From positions 480,001 to 544,000 of the forward strand of contig CBDCCS010000022.1 of assembly GCA_965214935.1 (NCBI GenBank): a DNA stretch of 64,000 bases, read 5' to 3'. The notes beneath the pieces are model-generated. The model did no database searches. It had not been told where the DNA came from and was given only the letters and a program-made list of their open reading frames with translations. Of this stretch, positions 1 to 9,969 are shown one piece after another. A program made the position numbers and the translations under genes. The stretch is from Candidatus Velthaea sp. (GTDB taxonomy: Bacteria > Vulcanimicrobiota > Vulcanimicrobiia > Vulcanimicrobiales > Vulcanimicrobiaceae). Each line of letters begins with the position of its first letter. Position 1 is the stretch's first letter.

Positions 1-714
1 CTTTGCGCGTTCTCGCAAGTGGTCAACGATTGGTTCGACCGTGAAGTCGATGCGATCAACGAGCCGGACCGGCCGACGGCGGCAAACCTACTCGCACCGC
101 GAACCGTCGGCGTGATTGCTGCCGGGCTCGCGGCGGCTGCATGTGCCTTGGCATTGGCCCTCGGCATCCACGTTCTATTCATTGCCGTCGTCGGACTCGT
201 ACTTGCATGGGCGTATAGCGCTCCGCCGTTTCGGCTCAAAGCCTCAAACGGCTGGCTCGCGAACACGGCGTGTGCGTTTGCATATGAAGGTTGCGCTTGG
301 ATCGCCGGCGCAGCGGCGTTCGGTCGTGTTACGACCGGAACGCTCGTACTTGCAACGCTGTATTCATTCGCCTCGCACGGACTCATGACACTCAACGATT
401 TTAAGAGCATCGCCGGCGACCGCCGCCTTGGCTTAAAGTCGATTCCCGCAATGCTGGGCGAACGCCGGGCAATCTACGTCGCCTTTGCGTTCATCGACGT
501 CTTTCAGCTTGCGGCGATCGTTTACGTTGCGGCTCACGCCATGTGGATTGCCGCCGCTGCGATCGCGCTGTTATTCGTCGTGCAATTACCGATGCAGCGT
601 CGCCTCGCCGGCAATCCCGCCGGTCTCGCCCCTTGGTATTGCGCGAGCGCGATCCCGCCGTTTGTGTGGGGCATGCTCGCTGCCGCTCTCGCCGTCCGTT
701 CCGGAGGTTTTTAA
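1..714 (+). CDS. bchG: Bacteriochlorophyll synthase (UbiA family), 5'-truncated by window edge
   Basis: Frame is open from base 1. Motifs NDWFDREVDAINEPDRP, YSAPPFRLK and MTLNDFKSIAGDR are typical of BchG/ChlG. Adjacent to bchP. Confidence 0.93.
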   Translation, partial: LCAFSQVVNDWFDREVDAINEPDRPTAANLLAPRTVGVIAAGLAAAACALALALGIHVLFIAVVGLVLAWAYSAPPFRLKASNGWLANTACAFAYEGCAWIAGAAAFGRVTTGTLVLATLYSFASHGLMTLNDFKSIAGDRRLGLKSIPAMLGERRAIYVAFAFIDVFQLAAIVYVAAHAMWIAAAAIALLFVVQLPMQRRLAGNPAGLAPWYCASAIPPFVWGMLAAALAVRSGGF

Positions 715-716
715 TC

Positions 717-2018
717 ATGCGCGTCCTGGTCGTTGGTGCGAATATCGGCGGGGCCGTTGCTGCAGGCGACCTTGCGGCGACGGGTTGGAATGTGACGCTC
801 ATCGAGCGCGATCTCAAACGAAAAAAGCCGTGCGGCGGCGCGATACCGCCCAAGGCGATGAGTGAGTTCGGGATTCCGAACTCGATCATCGAGCGCAAGA
901 CGACGCGCGCGGTCGTGATCGGACCGAGCGGTTCCGAAGTATCGATGAACGTGCGTGGAACGCAAGCGCGAGCGGATGACTACATCATCATGGTCACTCG
1001 CGAGATCCTCGATCGTACGATGCGCGAAAAAGCGACGGCCGCCGGCGCCGACCTGCGTGAATGCGCGTTTGTAGCGCACGAGCAGCAAGCCGATGGTACG
1101 CTACGCGTAAAGATGCGCGCGCGTGACGGTGTGGAGTTCTTTGAGAACTACGATTTCGTTGTCGGCGCCGACGGCGCCGGGTCGCAGGTTGCGAAGTCGT
1201 GCGGCCGGGTCCCGGTCAAACACGCGTCGGCAATTCAAGAACGCCTATCGCTGCCCGACGATGCGATGGAATACTATCAGAACACGGCCGAACTCTATCT
1301 CGGCGACGATATTTCGCCCGATTTTTATGGCTGGATTTTTCCCAAGAGCGACCATGTTGCGGTCGGTACCGGCTGTAAGCCCGAGCATGCGAATCGCTCC
1401 TACGCGTTTCTCGAAGGCGTTAAAGCGCGCGCCGGCAACAAGTTGCGCGGTTCACGCCGCATACTGCTCGAAGGCCATCCGCTGCCGATGCAGCGCTACA
1501 AGAAGCTCGTGTACGGCAACACCATGCTCGTCGGCGACGCCGGCGGCATGGTCGCGCATACGTCGGGTGAAGGTATTTATTTTTCGATGGCGTCCGGCCG
1601 AATGGCCGCGCAAACGCTCGTCCTGCATGCCACCGATCACCGCTCGCCGCTGACACGCTACGAAAAGATCTGGCAAAAGAAGTACGGCGCGATGTTCGAC
1701 TTTCTCGAATTCCTAGAGAAAGCTTCATACACGTCGAACTTCAAGCGTGAGTTCTTCGTCGACATGTGCGCGACGCGCGACGTTCAACAACTCACGTTTG
1801 ATAGCTACCTCTTCAAAGAAATGGCGAAGATGGCGCCGGGCGACCACTTCCGGATGGCATACGAGGCGGCGACGCGAGCGGTCGTCGCCTGGATGCGTCC
1901 ACGCGTACCGCTCAACGCCGCGCCGCCTCAGATCACGGCGAAAGAAGCGCTGCGTGCAACGCGCGCGGCGATCGCCGACGGCGTTGCGGCCGACGAGTCT
2001 CCGGTCTACGCAACGTAG
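717..2018 (+). CDS. bchP: Geranylgeranyl reductase
   Basis: ATG at 717, 2 bp after the bchG stop. Motifs KPCGGAIP, GADGAGS, SPDFYGWIFPK, VGDAGG..GEGIYF and DVQQLTFDSYL. FAD-loop variant GANIGG. Confidence 0.93.
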   Translation: MRVLVVGANIGGAVAAGDLAATGWNVTLIERDLKRKKPCGGAIPPKAMSEFGIPNSIIERKTTRAVVIGPSGSEVSMNVRGTQARADDYIIMVTREILDRTMREKATAAGADLRECAFVAHEQQADGTLRVKMRARDGVEFFENYDFVVGADGAGSQVAKSCGRVPVKHASAIQERLSLPDDAMEYYQNTAELYLGDDISPDFYGWIFPKSDHVAVGTGCKPEHANRSYAFLEGVKARAGNKLRGSRRILLEGHPLPMQRYKKLVYGNTMLVGDAGGMVAHTSGEGIYFSMASGRMAAQTLVLHATDHRSPLTRYEKIWQKKYGAMFDFLEFLEKASYTSNFKREFFVDMCATRDVQQLTFDSYLFKEMAKMAPGDHFRMAYEAATRAVVAWMRPRVPLNAAPPQITAKEALRATRAAIADGVAADESPVYAT

Positions 2019-2033
2019 GCGCTCGTCCGTCCG

Positions 2034-2510
2034 CTATGCCGGGACGCCGGTCCAGACGGTCGTCAGCGCTACGCCGCTGCGCGCGAAGAGCTGATATATC
2101 GGGCAGCGACGTTCGGTCTCGGCTCGCAGGCGCTGCACGTCGTCGTCGCCGGCATTCGTCGTCAACACGGCCCGCACGCTAACGCTCTCGAAATTTGCGT
2201 TGCCCTCAGCGGCGCCGCCGGCAAGAATCGCGGTATCGAGATCGGCGCTTAGCTCGAATGCGAAATGCTCGACGCGGATATTCTGCGTTTTTGCAACGAG
2301 TTGAGCCGTCACTTGAGAGCACGAGATAAGCGCTCCGAGCGCATATGCGATCGGGCTGGGCGCGGAATCTTTGCCGCCGAACGCCGGGGCCGCATCCACG
2401 GCAAACGTATGCGTCGATCCGCCGACGCGAACCGTTTGCGCGACCCCGCTGCCGTCCGACGAGAGTGTGAACGTTGCAATCGTTTCTTTGGGAGTAAGCG
2501 TGACAGACAT
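2034..2510 (-). CDS. OsmC/Ohr-family protein
   Basis: GGKDSAPSP..LGALISC and ERRCPI, the two conserved Cys motifs. Confidence 0.85.
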   Translation of the reverse strand: MSVTLTPKETIATFTLSSDGSGVAQTVRVGGSTHTFAVDAAPAFGGKDSAPSPIAYALGALISCSQVTAQLVAKTQNIRVEHFAFELSADLDTAILAGGAAEGNANFESVSVRAVLTTNAGDDDVQRLRAETERRCPIYQLFARSGVALTTVWTGVPA

Positions 2511-2570
2511 CTCTCAATACCTCATGGATTTGTTAGTGATAACCGACGCGTCGCAGTACGACCGCGGACA

Positions 2571-2604
2571 AAGAAAACGCCCCTCGTCGATTCGGCGAGA
2601 GGCG
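2571..2604 (-). terminator. Probable intrinsic terminator of the minus-strand sugar ABC operon
   Basis: Minus strand reads CGCCTCTCGCCG-AAT-CGACGAGGGGCG followed by TTTTCTT. Confidence 0.6.
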
Positions 2605-2774
2605 GTGTGCTGTTCGTAAAACGCTATGCGATTTGAGAACCCGTGCCTATCCGAGCCGACCTTTAAAAGGACGCCGACAACGGCAACAGAGACACGAGAA
2701 AGCAGACATGTTCGGCACCATATCACATTCGAGCGGAAACCGTCAATGCGCGTTGCAGAAACCTTCGGCGATGC

Positions 2775-3593
2775 CTATTTGACTGCGCCCATCGTTAAAC
2801 CGCGAACGAGCGAGCGTTGCGCGGCCCAGCCCGCGACGAACACCGGGATGACAGCGAGCGTCGACGCAGCCGACATTTTCGCCCAGAAGAGCCCTTCGCT
2901 TGTCATAAACCCCGCAATGTAGACAGGCAACGTCGACGCATGCGGACCGGCCAGATTCACAACCAGAAAAAATTCGTTCCATGAGAAGATCAAACAAAGG
3001 AGCGCGGTCGCTGCCAGACCGGGCGTAACGAAGGGAATCGCCACGCCGACCAAAACCCCGACTGTGTTGGCGCCGTCGATGCGCGCGGCTTCAATGAGAT
3101 CCTTCGGAATCTCGGCGAAGAACGATCGCATCATCCAGATGACGAGCGGAAGATTCACGGCTGTATACAGCACGATCATGCCCGGGATGCTATCGAACAG
3201 GCCGATCTGCTTGAAGATAATAATCAGCGGGATGATGACGCCGACTGCCGGCATCATCTTCGTCGATAAAACCCACGATAACGTGCCCGCCGATTTCAAG
3301 GTCGGAAATAAGCCCAGCGCATACGCCGCGGGTATTCCCAATACGAACGCCACGAGCGTCGAACCGACGCTGATAACGACGGAATTGACGAAGAACCCGA
3401 GGTAGCCGGCGTTGGTGAGAGCTTCGCGGAAATTATCGAACGTCGGTATGAAGAAGAGCACGGGCGGTTGCGCGACCGCGGTGCCTTCGGTCTTAAAACC
3501 GGCCAAGAGCGTCCAAAGAATTGGAAAAAAGATCGCCAGGACCAGCACGTAGGTAAGGACGGTCAACGCCGTTTCACGCAAACGATACGTCAT
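2775..3593 (-). CDS. Carbohydrate (polyol) ABC transporter permease, CUT1 family
   Basis: EAA loop EAARIDGA. C-terminal LVRGLTMGAVK and EGLFWAKMSAAS resemble SmoG/MtlG. Confidence 0.9.
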   Translation of the reverse strand: MTYRLRETALTVLTYVLVLAIFFPILWTLLAGFKTEGTAVAQPPVLFFIPTFDNFREALTNAGYLGFFVNSVVISVGSTLVAFVLGIPAAYALGLFPTLKSAGTLSWVLSTKMMPAVGVIIPLIIIFKQIGLFDSIPGMIVLYTAVNLPLVIWMMRSFFAEIPKDLIEAARIDGANTVGVLVGVAIPFVTPGLAATALLCLIFSWNEFFLVVNLAGPHASTLPVYIAGFMTSEGLFWAKMSAASTLAVIPVFVAGWAAQRSLVRGLTMGAVK

Positions 3594-4471
3594 GCTTTTG
3601 ACACCTTGAACGTGCGGGAAAGTAAGCGCAATAGAATCGTTGCGATGATCGAGGCGAGAACGACGGCACAGACGCCTTGCGCTGAAGCACTGCCGACGTC
3701 GTTGCCTTGCGAGATCGTCTGATAGACGTAATACGGTAGGGTCGTTGTGGCCGAACCCGGACCGCCTTGCGTCGCGACGAAGATTTCACCAAATAATTGC
3801 AACACGTAAATCGTCGCAAGCAACACCGACAGTTCGATGAACGGCCCGAGCAAGGGTAATGTTATTCCGCGAAACTCTTCCCATGCGTCGGCGCCGTCGA
3901 CTTTCGCAGCTTCACGGATATCATCCGGAACCGACTGCAGACCGGCCAGCAGAATGAGCATCATGAACGGTGTCCACTGCCAAACCGCCATCGTGATGAT
4001 GCCGAGCTTTGGGAACTCCGCTAAGATGTCGACTCGCGGCAATCCGATGAGCGTCGTAAAATAGCTGACGAAGCCGAACACCGGGTTGAGCAGTAAGTTC
4101 TTCCAGACGACCGCGTTGACCGTCGGCATGACGAAAAACGGTGCGATCGCTAACGAACGCGCAAGCCCTTGACCGGGGAATTTCCGGTGTAACAACAGCG
4201 CGAATGCCATGCCGAAAATAAGTGAGAAGACGACGATGCCGGCAGTAATGACGATTAGATTGACGACCGCCGAACGAAACGTTACGTCGCCGAAGATCGT
4301 GTATGCGAAGTTGGCGAAGCCGACGAATGAGACGCCCAGTTCGGGCGACGTCAGCACCCACTTCTGAAAGCTAAACCAAAGCGTGAGAATAAACGGCGCC
4401 TGCGTAAGCGCCGCAAGATAAATGATTGCCGGAGCAATCAGCAGTAGGCGGGTCGACCGCGCCATGGTCAT
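3590..4471 (-). CDS. Carbohydrate (polyol) ABC transporter permease
   Basis: WQWTPFMMLILLAGLQS and EAAKVDGA. ATG at 4471 with a GAGG RBS. Confidence 0.9.
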   Translation of the reverse strand: MTMARSTRLLLIAPAIIYLAALTQAPFILTLWFSFQKWVLTSPELGVSFVGFANFAYTIFGDVTFRSAVVNLIVITAGIVVFSLIFGMAFALLLHRKFPGQGLARSLAIAPFFVMPTVNAVVWKNLLLNPVFGFVSYFTTLIGLPRVDILAEFPKLGIITMAVWQWTPFMMLILLAGLQSVPDDIREAAKVDGADAWEEFRGITLPLLGPFIELSVLLATIYVLQLFGEIFVATQGGPGSATTTLPYYVYQTISQGNDVGSASAQGVCAVVLASIIATILLRLLSRTFKVSKA

Positions 4472-4563
4472 GGCTGATACCTCGAGCGGATCGAGCCGCC
4501 TGAATGATTGCGCTGCGCGCAACCGATTGCGTTTGAGGTTCGCTCAAGCTGTTCAACGGAAAT

Positions 4564-4601
4564 CGTCCGAGATGCGCCGGCGGACCGGCACATCTCGGAC
4601 G
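4564..4601 (-). promoter_or_regulatory. 17-bp intercistronic hairpin (mRNA stabiliser or attenuator) between the SBP and permease genes
   Basis: Minus strand reads CGTCCGAGATGTGCCGG-TCCG-CCGGCGCATCTCGGACG, fully paired allowing one G-U. Confidence 0.7.
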
Positions 4602-4614
4602 GGACGCGTAGCGG

Positions 4615-5973
4615 CTACTTGTAGTAGCCGGCCTGCTGCATGGTGTGTTGCGTTTGCTGCTGTGAAAGGTCGAGCGCCGCGTCGATGGTCGAACCGCCGC
4701 TGAGGACGGCCGCCAGATTCTGGGTCACTTGCGTACCGATCTGTTGGAATTCCTTGATCCCGACGAACTGGACGCCCGTGTACGGCACCTTATTGAGGGT
4801 TGAGTTCGTCGGATCCGCGGTTTGAATCGACTTGAGAATCAGGTCGCCGTACGGAGCCGCTTTCTTGTAGTTCGGATCGCTGAAGGTCGATAAACGCGTG
4901 CCGGGCGGAACGTTGCCCCAGCCCTTATCGGCGGCGATCAAGCGGATGTACTTCTTGTTCGTTGCCCAGGTGAGGAATTTAAAGGCATCGTCCTTGTGTT
5001 TGCTCGACGATTCCATCGCCAACGACCAGGCCCAAAGCCAATGCGAACCCTTCGGCGTCACTTTGGTCGGCGAATACGCGAAACCGACATCCTCGGCAAC
5101 TTTCGATTGTTTGGGATCGGTGATCACGCCCGAGGCAGACGTCGCATCGACCCACATCGCAACCTTGGCTTGCGTGAAGTTCGTTTCACACTCGGTGAAG
5201 CCGGCCGACGAAGCACCGGGCTCGCCATAATTCTTGATCGTGTTCAGATAAAACGAGATTGCATCTTTGGTCGCGCCGGCATTGAGTGTCGGCTCCCACT
5301 TTTCGTCGAACCATTGGCCGCCGAACGTGTTGATGACCGTCGTCATCGGTGCGCCCATTTCGCCCCAGCCCGGCAGGCCGCGCAGGCAGATGCCGTACTG
5401 GTTTTTCGACGGCGCGTTGAGCGTCTTGGCAAAACCCGCAATTTGATCCCACGTCGGACGTTCAGGCATCGTTAAACCGGCGGCTTTAAAAAGACGCTTG
5501 TTATAAAACGTCATCGAGCTTTCGCCGTAAAACGGCACCGCGTAAAGCGAGCCGTCATACGACAAGCCTTTGCGGATGCTCGGAATCACGTCGTTGAGAT
5601 CGTAGTCGGCCTTGCCTTTGGCATCCATTTTGTCGAAGTATGGGCCGAGGTCGACAATCCACTTATTCTTTGCCCAAATAGGCACTTCGTACGTACCGAC
5701 CGTGGCGATGTCGAACTGGCCGCCGCCGGTCGCGATATCGGCCGTAACTTTCTGGCGCAGCGTATTCTCGGGTAACGTCTCGAAGTTGACTTTAATGCCG
5801 GTTTGCTTGGTGAAATCGGCGACGGCATGCTGCATGTCGACCATTTGCGGATTATTGACGGTCGCGATCGTCAGCGTCGATTCGCCTTGAGCGACGGCAA
5901 CCGGCGGAGGAGCGGCTGAAAAAACGATTGCGCTCGTCCCGATAAATGCGAGAATTCGGCTTTTTGTATTCAC
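4615..5973 (-). CDS. Sorbitol/mannitol-type ABC substrate-binding protein (SmoE/MtlE-like)
   Basis: LTIATVNN, LRQKVTADIATGGGQFD, PFYGESS, WLWAWSL and VPYTGVQFVGI. GTG start at 5973 with a signal peptide. Confidence 0.88.
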   Translation of the reverse strand: MNTKSRILAFIGTSAIVFSAAPPPVAVAQGESTLTIATVNNPQMVDMQHAVADFTKQTGIKVNFETLPENTLRQKVTADIATGGGQFDIATVGTYEVPIWAKNKWIVDLGPYFDKMDAKGKADYDLNDVIPSIRKGLSYDGSLYAVPFYGESSMTFYNKRLFKAAGLTMPERPTWDQIAGFAKTLNAPSKNQYGICLRGLPGWGEMGAPMTTVINTFGGQWFDEKWEPTLNAGATKDAISFYLNTIKNYGEPGASSAGFTECETNFTQAKVAMWVDATSASGVITDPKQSKVAEDVGFAYSPTKVTPKGSHWLWAWSLAMESSSKHKDDAFKFLTWATNKKYIRLIAADKGWGNVPPGTRLSTFSDPNYKKAAPYGDLILKSIQTADPTNSTLNKVPYTGVQFVGIKEFQQIGTQVTQNLAAVLSGGSTIDAALDLSQQQTQHTMQQAGYYK

Positions 5974-5986
5974 GTGTTTCTTTCTT

Positions 5987-6988
5987 TTAGCTCGTAGCCG
6001 CTGTGCGCGTCGGCGGCGCCATGAATTCGGGGCCGACGGGGTCATGGATCGTACGTTTGAGGATTGAATCTATTTCATCGAGCGTTGCCCGATCGATGTT
6101 AAAGCCCATTGCGCCCTCGACGTCGTCGAGTTGCGCCGGTTTGCGCGCGCCCCATAGTGCGATGCCGACTCCGGACTGCTCGAGCAGCCAGCGCACCGCC
6201 AGATCGATCACTCGCTTTCCGTATCTTTCCTGCGCTAAGGCGTCCAGGGCATCGACCGCATCGAGATATTGCGAAAGCCGCGGCTCCTGATACTTCGGGT
6301 CGCGTCCGCGCAGATCGTCGCCCTTGAATTCACGGTTGCGGGTAACCGTACCACTCAAAAGTCCACGGCACAATGCGCCATAAGTCATGCCGACGATACC
6401 GTGCTTGGCGCAATACGGTAGAACTTCGAGCTCCGCATCGCGTTCGAAGAGATTGAACGGCGGCTGTGAGGTGTGTAATGGAGCGACGGCGCGAAACGCG
6501 GCCATCTGCTCGGCGGAATAATTACTGACGCCGATCGCACGGATCTTCCCTGCGTCCAGTAACGCTTTCATCGCCGTTGCCGTCTCTTCGATCGGCGTCA
6601 GCGGGTCGGGCCAATGCACCTGGTAGACGTCGATGTAATCGGTTTGAAGGCGACGCAACGAATCGTCGATCTCCTTCTCGATTCGCGCGCGCGTCCCGTT
6701 GCGAAACACGCTGCCGTCTTCGGTCCAGTCTAACGTCACTTTGGTGGCAATGACCGCTTTGTCGCGACGCCCGCCCGCGAGCGCACGACCGACGATTTCC
6801 TCAGAGTTCCCGTAGCCGTAAACGGCCGCGGTATCGACGAGCGTTATCCCGCGATCGATGGCGGAATGGATCGTCGCGATCGCTTCGCGCTCTTCGGTGC
6901 CGCCCCACATCCAGCCGCCGATCGCCCACGCACCTAAGCCGATTCGCGAAGCGCGCACACCAGTGTTGCCGATTTCTATGTATTCCAA
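5987..6988 (-). CDS. Aldo/keto reductase (YhdN-like)
   Basis: GLGAWAIGG, DTAAVYG, IATK and YQVHWPD. TTG start with a GGAG RBS. Confidence 0.92.
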   Translation of the reverse strand: MEYIEIGNTGVRASRIGLGAWAIGGWMWGGTEEREAIATIHSAIDRGITLVDTAAVYGYGNSEEIVGRALAGGRRDKAVIATKVTLDWTEDGSVFRNGTRARIEKEIDDSLRRLQTDYIDVYQVHWPDPLTPIEETATAMKALLDAGKIRAIGVSNYSAEQMAAFRAVAPLHTSQPPFNLFERDAELEVLPYCAKHGIVGMTYGALCRGLLSGTVTRNREFKGDDLRGRDPKYQEPRLSQYLDAVDALDALAQERYGKRVIDLAVRWLLEQSGVGIALWGARKPAQLDDVEGAMGFNIDRATLDEIDSILKRTIHDPVGPEFMAPPTRTAATS

Positions 6989-6999
6989 ATTCTCTCCAT

Positions 7000-8100
7000 T
7001 TAGCGCACCGGCTGCGCTGAAAATCGTAAGATTGTTTCCGAATGAAACCGCTGCCCGGGCTCTAAGCGCGTCGTCGGAAACGACGGCTGATTCGGTGAAT
7101 CCGGAAAGTGTTGTGTTTCAAGGGCGAAGCCTGCCGACTGGCGATAGAGCGCTCCGCCGCTGCCGACTTCACTGCCGGTCAAGAAATTGCCGCTATAAAA
7201 TTGAATCCCGGGTTCGGTCGTTAAAACGTCCAGCGCGCGGCCGCTCTGCGGATCGGTGGCTCGCGCGGCACGTACGAGCGTATCGGCCGACCGCCGGTCA
7301 AGCACCCAATTGTGGTCGTAGCCGAGTGCCGCCACGAGTTGCGGATGCGATTCGCGAATACGCGCACCGATCGCTTGTGCGGTGCGAAAATCGAACGGCG
7401 TCCCGGCTACACCGGCCAACTCACCGGTCGGAATCATATTCGCGTCGACGGGCGTGAACTGCGCAGCATCGATCGTGATCAAGGTATCGAGCACGTCACC
7501 CGAACTCTCGCCGCGCAAATTGAAGTAACTGTGGTTGGTAAGGTTGACGATCGTCGTTGCACTCGTCGTCGCGCCGTACGTAATGTGCAGATCGCTTTCG
7601 TTCTCGACCGTATAAGTCACATGGACGTCGAGTTGTCCGGGGTAACCTTGATCGCCGTCGACGCTCGTATGATGGAGGCGCAATGACGCCGGCGTGACTT
7701 CTTCGACCATCCAAACGGCACGGTCGTAGCCCGGCGCTCCGCCGTGCAAAGAGTTCGGCGGGTTGTTGACGGGCAGCGAATAATTTGTGCCGTCAATCGT
7801 GAATTGCCCGGCAGCGATCCGATTACCGTAGCGACCGATGATCGAACCGAAGTATGTATTCGGTGCTTGAACGTAACCGGCTAAATCGGGATAACCGAGG
7901 ACGACGTTGGCATAATTGCCCGCGACATCCGGAACGTCGATCGTATCGATAATACCGCCGTACGTTAAAATACCAACGCGGATTCCACCGCCCGAGCGTA
8001 AGACGTAACGTTCGATCTCGCGCCCATCCGGCAAACGCCCGTAGACAACGGCTTTGCCCGGCTCGATTTCATCCATCGACGTAGGCATTGCGGCGCTCAT
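7000..8100 (-). CDS. galM: Aldose 1-epimerase (mutarotase)
   Basis: GRYGNRI, LHGG, NLTNHSYFNL, GYDHN and ETQHFPDSPN. Confidence 0.93.
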   Translation of the reverse strand: MSAAMPTSMDEIEPGKAVVYGRLPDGREIERYVLRSGGGIRVGILTYGGIIDTIDVPDVAGNYANVVLGYPDLAGYVQAPNTYFGSIIGRYGNRIAAGQFTIDGTNYSLPVNNPPNSLHGGAPGYDRAVWMVEEVTPASLRLHHTSVDGDQGYPGQLDVHVTYTVENESDLHITYGATTSATTIVNLTNHSYFNLRGESSGDVLDTLITIDAAQFTPVDANMIPTGELAGVAGTPFDFRTAQAIGARIRESHPQLVAALGYDHNWVLDRRSADTLVRAARATDPQSGRALDVLTTEPGIQFYSGNFLTGSEVGSGGALYRQSAGFALETQHFPDSPNQPSFPTTRLEPGQRFHSETILRFSAQPVR

Positions 8101-8906
8101 CGAACCGGGACCTCGGTTGCTTTCGCGCCGAGTCCCGATTTAACCATCGTAATGAGTTGTTCTTCGGTGATTTCAGACGTTTTCACGTCGAGTACGATCT
8201 CTCCGGCAAACAGAAAATTGATCCGGTCACAAACTTGAAAAATCTGCGAATAATTGTGGACGATGAGAATAACCGAAACGTCGCGCCGGCGGCGAATCTC
8301 TTGGACCAGATCTAAGACGTGGCCGCCTTCACGCACGCCGAGCGCCGCGAGCGGTTCGTCCATGATAAGCAATTTCGGCGCGGACTGCATCGCGCGCGCA
8401 ACGGCGATTGATTGACGTTGGCCACCCGACAAATCGCGCACTAAACTATCGACGGATGCTAAGCGAATGCCGACCTGATCGAGAAACGCGCGCGTCTGCA
8501 CGCGCATTGCCGTTGCATCGGTCAACGGCAATACACCCAGAACGCGCTTGATGGGCTCGCGTCCCAGGAACATGTTTTGCGCGACGGTCAGATCGTTGAC
8601 CAGCGCTAAATCCTGATATACCGTTTCAATCCCTTGAGCGCGCGCCTGCGTCGGTGATGCCATGTTCAACGCCTGGCCTTCCCACGATAGCTGACCGGAC
8701 GTCGGCTGGTGAAAACCGGACAGGATCTTAATGAAGGTCGACTTGCCCGCACCGTTGTCGCCGACGAGTGCGACAACTTCGCCCCGCGCGATATGCATGT
8801 TCAGATCGCGCAGCACGATACTGGGGCCGTAGTTCTTCGTAACGTGTTCGGCGCGCAGAAGTTCGGGTGCCGGGCCGAGCGGCGGAATCGCATCGATAAC
8901 GGTCAC
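8097..8906 (-). CDS. Monosaccharide ABC transporter ATP-binding protein
   Basis: GDNGAGKST, ETVYQDLAL, LSGGQRQ and IMDEP. Confidence 0.92.
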   Translation of the reverse strand: MTVIDAIPPLGPAPELLRAEHVTKNYGPSIVLRDLNMHIARGEVVALVGDNGAGKSTFIKILSGFHQPTSGQLSWEGQALNMASPTQARAQGIETVYQDLALVNDLTVAQNMFLGREPIKRVLGVLPLTDATAMRVQTRAFLDQVGIRLASVDSLVRDLSGGQRQSIAVARAMQSAPKLLIMDEPLAALGVREGGHVLDLVQEIRRRRDVSVILIVHNYSQIFQVCDRINFLFAGEIVLDVKTSEITEEQLITMVKSGLGAKATEVPVR

Positions 8907-9937
8907 GTTTGACGCACCCGTAAAGCCGTTAGCCGGATATTGAGAGTCATCGCTACGACGATAGCAATTCCCAGCGGAACGTCGGCAAATCCGGCTTGCG
9001 CGCCGACCAGCGGCAGACCGTTGTTGAGCGAAGCAACGACAAATGCGCCGATGAGTGCACCGATGACCGTCCCGGAACCACCGAAGAGCGACGTCCCGCC
9101 GATAACCGCTGCGGCAATAGCATATAGGGTAAGGGTATTATCACCGGCCGACGGATCGATCGATCCGCTCGCACACGACTCGATGATTCCGGCGAAACCG
9201 GCGAGCACACCCATGATCACGAAGTTCAAAATTTTGGTGCGCTGCGTGCGAATACCGAGTTCACGCGCCGCTAGTAGATTGCTGCCGACGGCGATGGTAT
9301 GTAAACCGAAGCGCGTGCGGCGTAAGACGACCGCAAAGGCAATCGTTATTGCAACAAGCCAAAGAAATGCAGCGATTTGCGAAATGCCCGTACCCGCGTT
9401 CTGTTGGTCTCCGCCAAGAAAAACATTGATGAAGCTATCCGGCGTGTGCGCCGGCTGACTGTGACTTACCGTGAGCACCGCGCCGTTTAAGAGAAACAGC
9501 ATGCCCAACGTCGAGATAAGCGACGGTACGCCCAAGCGCACCGTCATGATCCCGTTGATCCATCCGATGCCGGCGGCGCCGACGAGCGCGAGCGGAATGG
9601 CGAGTGCAAACGGCAATCCGACTTGGGTTAAATAAAATGCGAAGAACGGCGTTGTCGAATAAATCTTTGCGGCCGAAAGATCGATCTCGCCGGTGATCAT
9701 CAACATCGCTTCGCCGACGGCGATCAACCCGTATTGCGCGGTACTTGCCAACAAGACCGGAACTTCGGAACTTAAGAATGCGCCGTTTAAGACCTCGAAC
9801 ACGAGGGCGATGACGATCGCTACGGCGGTGATACCTGTTTCGGGATAGGTAATGAGCCGGCGGAACCGTTCGCCGGCCGAACGCGACGGTAGCGGCGGCC
9901 GGCCGGCCGGAGCCGGCACGCTCAACGCTTCACTCAC
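8903..9937 (-). CDS. Monosaccharide ABC transporter permease (RbsC-like)
   Basis: GEIDLS and AIAAAVIGGTSLFGGSG; multiple TM helices. Confidence 0.9.
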   Translation of the reverse strand: MSEALSVPAPAGRPPLPSRSAGERFRRLITYPETGITAVAIVIALVFEVLNGAFLSSEVPVLLASTAQYGLIAVGEAMLMITGEIDLSAAKIYSTTPFFAFYLTQVGLPFALAIPLALVGAAGIGWINGIMTVRLGVPSLISTLGMLFLLNGAVLTVSHSQPAHTPDSFINVFLGGDQQNAGTGISQIAAFLWLVAITIAFAVVLRRTRFGLHTIAVGSNLLAARELGIRTQRTKILNFVIMGVLAGFAGIIESCASGSIDPSAGDNTLTLYAIAAAVIGGTSLFGGSGTVIGALIGAFVVASLNNGLPLVGAQAGFADVPLGIAIVVAMTLNIRLTALRVRQT

Positions 9938-9969
9938 GTCCGCACGCTCGCCGAACCGTGGTCATCGGG

